A stretch of DNA of 64,000 nucleotides from Psilocybe cubensis (lineage: Eukaryota), in NCBI GenBank assembly GCA_017499595.2, contig CM039003.1, positions 1 to 64,000 on the forward strand, written 5' to 3'. The notes below the pieces were generated by a model. It ran no database searches. It saw nothing but the letters and a program-made list of their open reading frames with translations, and was not told the DNA's origin. The position numbers and the translations under genes are program-made. Numbering within the stretch: position 1 is the first letter of the stretch; each line of letters opens with the position of its first letter. Below are positions 9,034 to 18,626 of the stretch, in pieces.

Positions 9034-12000
9034 ATGTCATCTCAATACTCTGCTGCTTTCTCTCGTGCCATGTCCCCCACCCTGGACGCACTCACCCAGG
9101 CCGTCGTCAACAACACCGTTTTCGGCGTCAACGATGAAGCAGGCCGCCATAACGCTCTGATCGACGAGCTGGCCACTGTGGTCATCAAAAAAATAGCTGA
9201 GTGCCGCTCCGTTGACCAAGTCATAGACTGCGTCTTTTTTGACTATCGTGCTGCCCTTAGGGAGTTTCTCCTCAACCTCGCATCGTGGTGCGATAAGAGG
9301 GAAACAGTCAAGGCTAGCCTCGAGCGCCTTGAATCTGCCGTTAGCGCAGGCAACACGCCCAATCGCCTTAAGGTGAAGGCACCCGAGTTCCAACTTACGA
9401 AGGAATTCGCGAATGCCGGGTCAGCGGAGGCTCTTCGAGTCTCCACTACGTTCTCTACCGCTCGTGACGCCTTCCAAAAGGCAATTAACGACGGCGCCAT
9501 TCAGGCGAAAAAGGACGAGCTGACTTTTTGGGATGATAAATGCGCACTCAACTCTTGCTACGAAGCTGCTGCCCTCATCGTTAAGGCAACTTACGATGAT
9601 CGCAAATCCAGCTACAAGCTCCCTGTTTTCTCTACAGATAACAAGGGAGTTCGACGTATAGCAGAGTGGGTAGTGTCTCCGCAAAAGAAAGCCGAATGCA
9701 GTGCGCTGCAAACCATACTGCCGGCGATCTTTTCTCACATCAAACAAATTGTCAACATGCGCCACCGCGCTTTGGCAATTAAGATTGAGAAAAAGCGGAC
9801 GACTGCGGCAACAGCCGATGTCGAGATGGCCGACGCGACCAAACCAGGTCCGTCGATTCAATCCCTTATTGATAAGGGCTTGAATGCACGTCTCAAGAAG
9901 CTCAACCTTGGATCTGTGGGCAAGAAGGCAAGTTTTCGTAACCCTTCACCCATAATTCTGGATACTAATTACTACTCTAATTACCCAGACTTTGTCTGGC
10001 CAGAATTCATCCAAGGCTCCTCAACCTCAGGCCAAGAAAGCTGGCCCTTCGAAACCCAAGTCGTCGTCGACGCCTTCGCAACGCAAGCCTCAAACCAAGG
10101 CTTCCAACAAGGTCGACAACAAGAAGAAAGGGAAGGGGAGAGCTCCCGTCAAGAACGATCCAAAGGGAAAGGGAAAGGCAAGAGCCTAGATGCGCGGTCT
10201 AATGTAGTACCTTTTACGTCGGTGAGACCCGCCTTCCCCAACTCTATTCCTGACGATATACTCACCATGACTAAAACAGACGCAGTTTCTTTCGTACACT
10301 TACATACTCCAATATCATTCTTGTTGGCTGGCCAGTATCGTAGTAGTGTACATTGTAGTCCTGGTGTTTCTGTCCCTGTTGATGTAGCAAACGATCTCTC
10401 TCTCGGACTTAATTATATGTTTTTCACTCTGCCTTCTAAAAGTCTGATCATGCAAGCATGGAATGATTTCCAACGAAGAATAAGATGGCGTATCTATTTT
10501 TTGTTTAAGGAAGGCATGAATAAACCTTTTGATCCAGATTATGGAGTAAGCTCAAAAAAGAAAGAGAAACCTCCTGTATTACCGCAATATATGGAACTTG
10601 GCCTTTCGATGGGACGTCGGTACGTGCAACGCACGATCGCAAGTATCCCGGAAGAAGCCCTTACGGAGATGCGAAAGCACGCGTTCTCTCCTAAAAGGGA
10701 CAAGATCCGTAAGTTTCTTATCGATAACAACTATGTTATTACGATGACAGATAAGAATCTTGGCCTCGCGGTGTCTGAACGCGACTGGATATTAAGGAAT
10801 GAGCTCAATCTTCTTGAAGATGAACGTAATTACGAAGAGTTAGAATTCGAAGTTGCGCAAGAAGTTATGAAGAGCAAAATGATTCAGATGCAAACGCTCG
10901 CACGTACTGTCGAAGATGAACATCTGTTTCTATTTGAACTTGGGTTGTCTCGATTCTTTCTATCGAATGTACCGGAAGACGGATCATCGTTCAAGTATCC
11001 TCAATTTCATGGTATACCTAAAATCCACAAGAAACCTACTGGATTTAGGCCCATAATTCCGTGTCACTCTGTAGTATTTAATCCTGCAGCCAAGTTTGTA
11101 TCAAAAGAGCTTAAGCCGATTATTAAATCGACTCCTTCAATCATACACGGAACGAAGGATCTCTTTACGAGATTAAGCCAATTGCGTATAGACTCCAAAA
11201 GACAATGGTATTTTGTCACTGGAGATGTAGTTGCTTTCTATCCCAATATTCCGTTGGACTTGTGCATCGAAATCGTTTGTAGTATGTACGAGGAATGGTT
11301 ACTCAACGCTTCGGAAGAAAACACTGCATTAGCCCATATTAATCCAAATTCGTTAGAGAATAACTTGGTTAAATTGGGCATCTTTAAACGTGCTATCGAG
11401 ATTGGCAATACGCAATTGATAACACAACATGGGTCTAGATATTTTAGACAAAAAAATGGCCTCGCAATGGGCGTCGCGGATTCTCCGGACCTTGCTAACC
11501 TCTTTGGAGCCCATTTTGAAATAAAGTCAAAAATCTTAGACCACCCAAACGTGGCCTTCTATGGAAGGTACATCGACGATTGTTTCGCAATTGTTTACGC
11601 CGAGTCCGAAGCACTTGCACTTAATCTTATTAAAGAAACAATAAAGTTCGATGGTTGTGTTATCGAATGGGCTGTTTCCTCGTCGGGATGTCAATTTCTC
11701 GATGCTTTCATATTCAAGGAGTCTGGAAAACTTCATTGGAAGCCTTTTGTCAAGACAGGAAACAACCGAGAACGAGTTCCATGGGTATCACATCATCCTT
11801 TGGACGTCAAACGTGGCGTCTACATTGGAGAGTTATCCAGGTTAGCCGTGCTATGTAGTACCAAGGAAATCTACATCGGAGCAATTAGAGACCTTAACGC
11901 TCTCTATTTGATGCGCGGTTATCCCGAAAACCTAGTCATATCTTGGTGTAAGAAGAATATACAAGAACGTTGGGAAAAGCGATTCGCTTTACGAGTCGCA

Positions 12001-12564
12001 GAGCACGACGAATCCATTCTTGTACTTAAAACCAGATTTGATCAGGTATGGAATTGGTTTTCAGCTGCTGAACTTGGAAAAACTGTTACCGAGTACTGGT
12101 CGGCATGGTATGAACATGCCGAGAAAGGTTTGTATAGTGCAGACTCGTCCAGACCCCTTATCAAACCAGATCCAAATTACGTTCACGACCTCGATGATGT
12201 TCGCCCGGAGCTGTTCACACAGATCCTCGTGGACGGAGAAACTGAGTTCGTACCGGATTTGAGGAAGATAGGACTACTCGGAAGTCGTTGGATAGTATCG
12301 CGAAAACGCAATACTAATCTTTTCGACCTTGCAAATGTGTGGAAGAAAACAGTCTTTCGTAAACTGGATGAAGACATCGCTGAAAAAGGTGGTGTTGTTC
12401 CCGAAACTCAAAACGTTAATGAAACTTATCATTCTGCTTTAGTTGAAGCTGCTGAGCAGATAAGTATCGAAAGTGATAACGAGATAATACTTCATAGACG
12501 TTCAATCTCACAAGAGAGGGAACATCCAGAATTTGGCAGAATATCCAAATCTTACAACCGATGA
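9034..12564 (+). CDS. Penelope-like (Coprina) ORF1-reverse transcriptase polyprotein, 1176 aa, no endonuclease
   Basis: RT motifs PKIHK..FRPII, GDVVAFYPNIP, QKNGLAMG..SP.LANLF, YGRYIDD and FLD; helical, probably coiled-coil N-terminus; C-terminus lacks GIY-YIG. Confidence 0.95.
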   Translation: MSSQYSAAFSRAMSPTLDALTQAVVNNTVFGVNDEAGRHNALIDELATVVIKKIAECRSVDQVIDCVFFDYRAALREFLLNLASWCDKRETVKASLERLESAVSAGNTPNRLKVKAPEFQLTKEFANAGSAEALRVSTTFSTARDAFQKAINDGAIQAKKDELTFWDDKCALNSCYEAAALIVKATYDDRKSSYKLPVFSTDNKGVRRIAEWVVSPQKKAECSALQTILPAIFSHIKQIVNMRHRALAIKIEKKRTTAATADVEMADATKPGPSIQSLIDKGLNARLKKLNLGSVGKKASFRNPSPIILDTNYYSNYPDFVWPEFIQGSSTSGQESWPFETQVVVDAFATQASNQGFQQGRQQEEREGESSRQERSKGKGKGKSLDARSNVVPFTSVRPAFPNSIPDDILTMTKTDAVSFVHLHTPISFLLAGQYRSSVHCSPGVSVPVDVANDLSLGLNYMFFTLPSKSLIMQAWNDFQRRIRWRIYFLFKEGMNKPFDPDYGVSSKKKEKPPVLPQYMELGLSMGRRYVQRTIASIPEEALTEMRKHAFSPKRDKIRKFLIDNNYVITMTDKNLGLAVSERDWILRNELNLLEDERNYEELEFEVAQEVMKSKMIQMQTLARTVEDEHLFLFELGLSRFFLSNVPEDGSSFKYPQFHGIPKIHKKPTGFRPIIPCHSVVFNPAAKFVSKELKPIIKSTPSIIHGTKDLFTRLSQLRIDSKRQWYFVTGDVVAFYPNIPLDLCIEIVCSMYEEWLLNASEENTALAHINPNSLENNLVKLGIFKRAIEIGNTQLITQHGSRYFRQKNGLAMGVADSPDLANLFGAHFEIKSKILDHPNVAFYGRYIDDCFAIVYAESEALALNLIKETIKFDGCVIEWAVSSSGCQFLDAFIFKESGKLHWKPFVKTGNNRERVPWVSHHPLDVKRGVYIGELSRLAVLCSTKEIYIGAIRDLNALYLMRGYPENLVISWCKKNIQERWEKRFALRVAEHDESILVLKTRFDQVWNWFSAAELGKTVTEYWSAWYEHAEKGLYSADSSRPLIKPDPNYVHDLDDVRPELFTQILVDGETEFVPDLRKIGLLGSRWIVSRKRNTNLFDLANVWKKTVFRKLDEDIAEKGGVVPETQNVNETYHSALVEAAEQISIESDNEIILHRRSISQEREHPEFGRISKSYNR

Positions 12565-13279
12565 AAAGAATACTAGCGCTTAAGGCGTAAAGCATTAGAA
12601 AAAAACCCTAACCGTAAGTATTCCTTGCTATAAAGTAACAAACATCTACTTACAAGCAACACATTGGATTGAATAGCTAAACCTAAACCTAAACCCTAAA
12701 CCCTAAACCCTAAACCCTAACCTAACCCCAACCCTAAGCTAACTAAGTCTAACCTTAGTAGGAAGTAAGGTAGGCGTGTGAACTTCCGAACGGCATGTGA
12801 TTGTGAAGGGCCGGATCTAATTTAGTACATGGGAAAAGTTACTTAGTACTTCGGGAAAAGTTCCTTAGTACCGTGGAAACATTTTTGATGGACCGGATCA
12901 TGAACTGTCCAATTAAGATTCACAACAATCAATCATTCTATTGTTTGATTGTTAGGTAAGGACCCAGGTAAGTTATTTATACTCTAGACATGTGAATATT
13001 CCCATGTCGCGGTTACTCGGAGCCACGTAACCAGAGTAATCTATATCCATGTGATTCACATCACAGTCAATAACCCACGATGTCAAAGAACAAAAGTGTT
13101 GGATCCACTTTTGACAGGTTACCATGTGCCACATCGACCCGTGACACTCTGTTCATCAGAGACCTGTCTAACTTGACAATAAACATTGACAGATTTGTGA
13201 TAGTCGGTAAGATACATGACAGCTGCGCAGCATCACTTCACGCGCTGTCATCGGATGTCTAGAACATTCCTTCTAAGAA

Positions 13280-13346
13280 TAGCCACTGAAGAGTCTATAA
13301 AGACGAAAGGGCTGGTTGTTGGGATCCCCCAACAGCCCTCTGGCTA
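13280..13346 (+). ncRNA. Type I hammerhead ribozyme (copy 6)
   Basis: As copy 5. Confidence 0.93.
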
Positions 13347-13991
13347 CTTTCCATTTAACTCCCAGTTTAAACTAGTCGCTCGCACCTCGCTTCGCTCGGT
13401 GCTCGCTCCCCCCCTAAACCCTAAACCCTAACCTAACCCCAACCCTAAGCTAACTAAGTCTAACCTTAGTAGGAAGTAAGGTAGGCGTGTGAACTTCCGA
13501 ACGGCATGTGATTGTGAAGGGCCGGATCTAATTTAGTACATGGGAAAAGTTACTTAGTACTTCGGGAAAAGTTCCTTAGTACCGTGGAAACATTTTTGAT
13601 GGACCGGATCATGAACTGTCCAATTAAGATTCACAACAATCAATCATTCTATTGTTTGATTGTTAGGTAAGGACCCAGGTAAGCTATTTATACTCTAGAC
13701 ATGTGAATATTCCCATGTCGCGGTTACTCGGAGCCACGTAACCAGAGTAATCTATATCCATGTGATTCACATCACAGTCAATAACCCACGATGTCAAAGA
13801 ACAAAAGTGTTGGATCCACTTTTGACAGGTTACCATGTGCCACATCGACCCGTGGCACTCTGTTCATCAGAGACCTGTCTAACTTGACAATAAACATTGA
13901 CAGATTTGTGATAGTCGGTAAGATACATGACAGCTGCGCAGCATCACTTCACGCGCTGTCATCGGATGTCTAGAACATTCCTTCTACGAAT

Positions 13992-14056
13992 AGCCACTGA
14001 AGAGTCTATAAAGACGAAAGGGCTGGTTGTTGGGATCCCCCAACAGCCCTCTGGCT
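13992..14056 (+). ncRNA. Type I hammerhead ribozyme (copy 7)
   Basis: Same core; stem I AGCCA/TGGCT. Confidence 0.93.
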
Positions 14057-14162
14057 TCTTTCCATTTTAACTCCCAGTTTAAACTAGTCGCTCGCACCTC
14101 GCTTCGCTCGGTGCTCGCTCCCCCCCTAAACCCAACGACTTTGCTATCACCCATCAGCCACT

Positions 14163-17100
14163 ATGTCATCCCAATATTCTGCTGCTTTCTCTCGTGCCAT
14201 GTCCCCCTCCCTGGACGCACTCACCCAGGCCGTCGTCAACAACACCGTCTTCGGCGTCAACGATGAAGCAGGCCGCCAAAACGCTCTCATCGACGAGCTG
14301 GCCACTGTGGTCATCAAGAAAATAGCTGAGTGCCGCTCCGTTGATCAAATAATAGACTGCGTCTTTTTTGACTATCGCGCTGCCCTTAGGGAGTTTCTCC
14401 TCAACCTCGCATCGTGGTGCGACAAGAGGGAAACAGTCAGGGCTAGCCTTGAGCGCCTTGAACTTGCCGTTAGCGCAGGCAGCACCCCCAATCGCCTTAA
14501 GGTGAAGGCTCCCGAGTTCCAACTCACGAAGGAATTCGCGGATGCCGGGTCAGCGGAGGCTCTTCGAGTCTCTACTACGTTCTCCACCGCTCGTGACGTC
14601 TTCCAAAAGGCGATTAACGACGGCGCCATTCAGGCGAAAAAGGACGAACTGGCCTTTTGGGAGGATAAATGCGCACTCGCTTCTTGCTATGAAGCTGCTG
14701 CGGTCATCGTTAAGACAACTTACGAAGACCGCAAGTCCAGCTATAAGCTCCCCGTTTTCTCTACAGACAACAAGGGAGTTCGTCGCATAGCAGAGTGGGT
14801 AACGTCGCCGCAAAAGAAAGCCGAGTGCAGTGCGCTGCAAACTATACTGCCGGCTATCTTTTCTCATATCAAACAAATTGTCAAATTGCGCCACCGCGCT
14901 TTGGCAATTAAGATTGAGAAAAAGCGGTCGACCGCGGCTACAGCCGATGTCGAGATGGCCGACGCGACCAAACCAGGTCCGTCGATTCAATCCCTTATTG
15001 ATAAGGGCTTGAATGCACGTCTTAAGAAGCTCAACCTTGGATATGTGGGCAAGAAGGCAGGTTTTCGTAACCCTTCACCCATAACTTTGGATACTAATTA
15101 TTATTCTAATTACCCAGACTTCGTCTGGCCAGAGTTCGTCCAAGGCTCCTCAACCTCAGGCCAAGAAAACTGGCCCTTCGAAACCCAAGTCGTCGTCGAC
15201 GCCTTCGCAACGCAAGCCTCAAACCAAGGCTTCCAACAAGGTCGACAACAAGAAGAAAGGGAAGGGGAGAGCTCCCGTCAAGAACAACAATCCAAAGGGA
15301 AAGGGAAAGGCAAGAGCCTAAACGCGCGGTCTAATGTAGTACCTTTTACGTCGGTAAGACCCGCTTTCCCCAACTCTATTCCTGACGATATACTCACCAT
15401 GACTAAAACAGACGCAGTTTCATTTGTACACCTCAATACCCCAATTTCTTTCTTATTGGCTGGCCAGTATAGATCTAGTGTACATTGTAGTCCTGGTGTT
15501 GTAGTTCCGGTTGATGTAGCAAACGACTTATCTCTCGGTTTAAATTATATGTTTTTCACACTGCCTTCTCAAAGTCTGATCATGCAAGCATGGAATGATT
15601 TTCAACGAAGAATAAGATGGCGTATCTATTTTTTGTTTAAAGAAGGCATGAATAAACCTTTTGATCCAGATTATGGAGTAAGTTCTAAGAAAAAAGAAAA
15701 ACCTCCTGTATTACCGCAATATATGGAACTTGGCCTTTCGATGGGACGTCGGTACGTGCAACGCACGATCGCAAGTATCCCGGAAGAAGCCCTCACGGAG
15801 ATGCGAAAGCACGCGTTCTCTCCTAAAAGGGACAAGATCCGTAAGTTTCTTATCGATAACAACTATGTTATTACGATGACAGATAAGAATCTTGGCCTCG
15901 CGGTGTCTGAACGCGACTGGATAATAAGGAATGAGCTCAATCTTCTTGAAGATGAACGCAACTACGAAGAGTTAGAATTCGAAGTTGCTCAAGAAGTTAT
16001 GAAGAGCAAAATGATTCAGATGCAAACGCTCGCACGTACTGTCGAAGATGAACATCTGTTTCTATTTGAACTTGGGTTGTCTCGATTTTTTCTATCAAAT
16101 GTACCGGAAGACGGATCATCGTTCAAGTATCCTCAATTTCATGGTATACCTAAAATCCACAAAAAACCTACTGGATTTAGGCCCATAATTCCGTGTCACT
16201 CTGTAGTATTTAATCCTGCAGCCAAGTTTGTATCAAAAGAGCTTAAGCCGATTATTAAATCGACTCCTTCAATCATTCACGGAACGAAGGATCTCTTTAC
16301 GAGATTAAGCCAATTGCGTATAGACCCCAAACGACAATGGTATTTTGTCACCGGGGATGTAGTTGCTTTCTATCCCAATATTCCGTTGGACTTGTGCATC
16401 GAAATCGTTTGTAATATGTACGAGGAATGGTTACTCAACGCTTCGGAAGAAAACACTGCATTAGCCCATATTAATCCAAATTCGTTAGAGAATAACTTGG
16501 TTAAATTGGGCATCTTTAAACGTGCTATCGAGATTGGCAATACGCAATTGATAACACAACATGGGTCTAGATATTTTAGACAAAAAAATGGCCTCGCAAT
16601 GGGCGTCGCGGATTCTCCGGACCTTGCTAACCTCTTTGGAGCCCATTTTGAAATAAAGTCAAAAATCTTAGACCACCCAAACGTGGCCTTCTATGGAAGG
16701 TACATCGACGATTGTTTCGCAATTGTTTACGCCGAGTCCGAAGCACTTGCACTTAATCTTATTAAAGAAACAATAAAGTTCGATGGTTGTGTTATCGAAT
16801 GGGCTGTTTCCTCGTCGGGATGTCAATTTCTCGATGCTTTCATATTCAAGGAGTCTGGAAAACTTCATTGGAAGCCATTTGTCAAGACAGGAAACAACCG
16901 AGAACGAGTTCCATGGGTATCACATCATCCTTTGGACGTCAAACGTGGCGTCTACATTGGAGAGTTATCCAGGTTAGCCGTACTATGTAGTACCAAGGAA
17001 ATCTACATCGGAGCAATTAGAGACCTTAACGCTCTCTATTTGATGCGCGGTTATCCCGAAAACCTAGTCATGTCTTGGTGTAAGAAGAATATACAAGAAC

Positions 17101-17696
17101 GTTGGGAAAAGCGATTCGCTTTACGAGTCGCAGAGCACGACGAATCCATTCTTGTACTTAAAACCAGATTTGATCAGGTATGGAATTGGTTTTCAGCTGC
17201 TGAACTTGGAAAGACTGTTACCGAGTACTGGTCGGCATGGTATGAACATGCCGAGAAAGGTCTGTATAGTGCAGACTCGTCCAGACCCCTTATCAAACCA
17301 GATCCAAATTACGTTCACGACCTCGATGATGTTCGCCCGGAGCTGTTCACACAGATCCTCGTGGACGGAGAAACTGAGTTCGTACCGGATTTGAGGAAGA
17401 TAGGACTACTCGGAAGTCGTTGGATAGTATCGCGAAAGCGCAATACTAATCTTTTCGACCTTGCAAATGTGTGGAAGAAAACAGTCTTTCGTAAACTGGA
17501 TGAAAACATCGCTGAAAAAGGTGGTGTTGTTCCCGAAACTCAAAACGTTAATGAAACTTATCATTCTGCTCTAGTTGAAGCTGCTGAACAGATAAGTATC
17601 GAAAGTGATAACGAGATAATACTTCATAGACGTTCAACCTCACAAGAGAGGGAACATCCAGAATTCGGCAGAATATCCAAATCTTACAACCGATGA
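14163..17696 (+). CDS. Penelope-like (Coprina) ORF1-reverse transcriptase polyprotein, 1177 aa
   Basis: Same RT motifs (YIDD) as copy B; uninterrupted ORF. Confidence 0.95.
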   Translation: MSSQYSAAFSRAMSPSLDALTQAVVNNTVFGVNDEAGRQNALIDELATVVIKKIAECRSVDQIIDCVFFDYRAALREFLLNLASWCDKRETVRASLERLELAVSAGSTPNRLKVKAPEFQLTKEFADAGSAEALRVSTTFSTARDVFQKAINDGAIQAKKDELAFWEDKCALASCYEAAAVIVKTTYEDRKSSYKLPVFSTDNKGVRRIAEWVTSPQKKAECSALQTILPAIFSHIKQIVKLRHRALAIKIEKKRSTAATADVEMADATKPGPSIQSLIDKGLNARLKKLNLGYVGKKAGFRNPSPITLDTNYYSNYPDFVWPEFVQGSSTSGQENWPFETQVVVDAFATQASNQGFQQGRQQEEREGESSRQEQQSKGKGKGKSLNARSNVVPFTSVRPAFPNSIPDDILTMTKTDAVSFVHLNTPISFLLAGQYRSSVHCSPGVVVPVDVANDLSLGLNYMFFTLPSQSLIMQAWNDFQRRIRWRIYFLFKEGMNKPFDPDYGVSSKKKEKPPVLPQYMELGLSMGRRYVQRTIASIPEEALTEMRKHAFSPKRDKIRKFLIDNNYVITMTDKNLGLAVSERDWIIRNELNLLEDERNYEELEFEVAQEVMKSKMIQMQTLARTVEDEHLFLFELGLSRFFLSNVPEDGSSFKYPQFHGIPKIHKKPTGFRPIIPCHSVVFNPAAKFVSKELKPIIKSTPSIIHGTKDLFTRLSQLRIDPKRQWYFVTGDVVAFYPNIPLDLCIEIVCNMYEEWLLNASEENTALAHINPNSLENNLVKLGIFKRAIEIGNTQLITQHGSRYFRQKNGLAMGVADSPDLANLFGAHFEIKSKILDHPNVAFYGRYIDDCFAIVYAESEALALNLIKETIKFDGCVIEWAVSSSGCQFLDAFIFKESGKLHWKPFVKTGNNRERVPWVSHHPLDVKRGVYIGELSRLAVLCSTKEIYIGAIRDLNALYLMRGYPENLVMSWCKKNIQERWEKRFALRVAEHDESILVLKTRFDQVWNWFSAAELGKTVTEYWSAWYEHAEKGLYSADSSRPLIKPDPNYVHDLDDVRPELFTQILVDGETEFVPDLRKIGLLGSRWIVSRKRNTNLFDLANVWKKTVFRKLDENIAEKGGVVPETQNVNETYHSALVEAAEQISIESDNEIILHRRSTSQEREHPEFGRISKSYNR

Positions 17697-18406
17697 AAAG
17701 AATACTAGCGCGTAAGGCGTAAAGCATTAGAAAAAAACCCTAACCGTAAGTATTCCTTGCTATAAAGTAACAAACATCTACTTACAAGCAACACTTTGGA
17801 TTAAATAGCTAAACCTAAACCCTAAACCCTAAACCCTAAACCCTAACCTAACCCCAACCCTAAGCTAACTAAGTCTAACCTTAGTAGGAAGTAAGGTAGG
17901 CGTGTGAACTTCCGAACGGCATGTGATTGTGAAGGGCCGGATCTAATTTAGTACATGGGAAAAGTTACTTAGTACTTCGGGAAAAGTTCCTTAGTACCGT
18001 GGAAACATTTTTGATGGACCGGATCATGAACTGTCCAATTAAGATTCACAACAATCAATCATTCTATTGTTTGATTGTTAGGTAAGGACCCAGGTAAGCT
18101 ATTTATACTCTAGACATGTGAATATTCCCATGTCGCGGTTACTCGGAGCCACGTAACCAGAGTAATCTATATCCATGTGATTCACATCACAGTCAATAAC
18201 CCACGATGTCAAAGAACAAAAGTGTTGGATCCACTTTTGACAGGTTACCATGTGCCACATCGACCCGTGGCACTCTGTTCATCAGAGACCTGTCTAACTT
18301 GACAATAAACATTGACAGATTTGTGATAGTCGGTAAGATACATGACAGCTGCGCAGCATCACTTCACGCGCTGTCATCGGATGTCTAGAACATTCCTTCT
18401 ACGAAT

Positions 18407-18471
18407 AGCCACTGAAGAGTCTATAAAGACGAAAGGGCTGGTTGTTGGGATCCCCCAACAGCCCTCTGGCT
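18407..18471 (+). ncRNA. Type I hammerhead ribozyme (copy 8)
   Basis: As copy 7. Confidence 0.93.
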
Positions 18472-18626
18472 TCTTTCCATTTTAACTCCCAGTTTAAACT
18501 AGTCGCTCGCACCTCGCTTCGCTCGGTGCTCGCTCCCCCCCTAAACCCTAAACCCTAAACCCTAAACCCTAAACCCTAAACCCTAAACCCTAAACCCTAA
18601 ACCCTAAACCCTAAACCCTAAACCCT

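Larger units (their letters stand above)
8288..13414 (+). mobile_element. Full-length intact Coprina-like element B
   Basis: Repeat-ORF-repeat; both repeats share private variants (GGTAAGTTATTT, TGGCTACTTTCC). Confidence 0.92.
13415..18541 (+). mobile_element. Full-length intact Coprina-like element C
   Basis: Repeat-ORF-repeat; both repeats share private variants (CCGTGGCACTC, CTTCTACGAA, TGGCTTCTTTCCATTTT). Confidence 0.92.

Noticed and set aside
9034-12564. Telomerase reverse transcriptase (TERT) or an endonuclease-bearing Penelope
   Set aside because: Multicopy, 5'-truncated and nearly intronless, with no TERT T/CP motifs and no GIY-YIG domain after the RT
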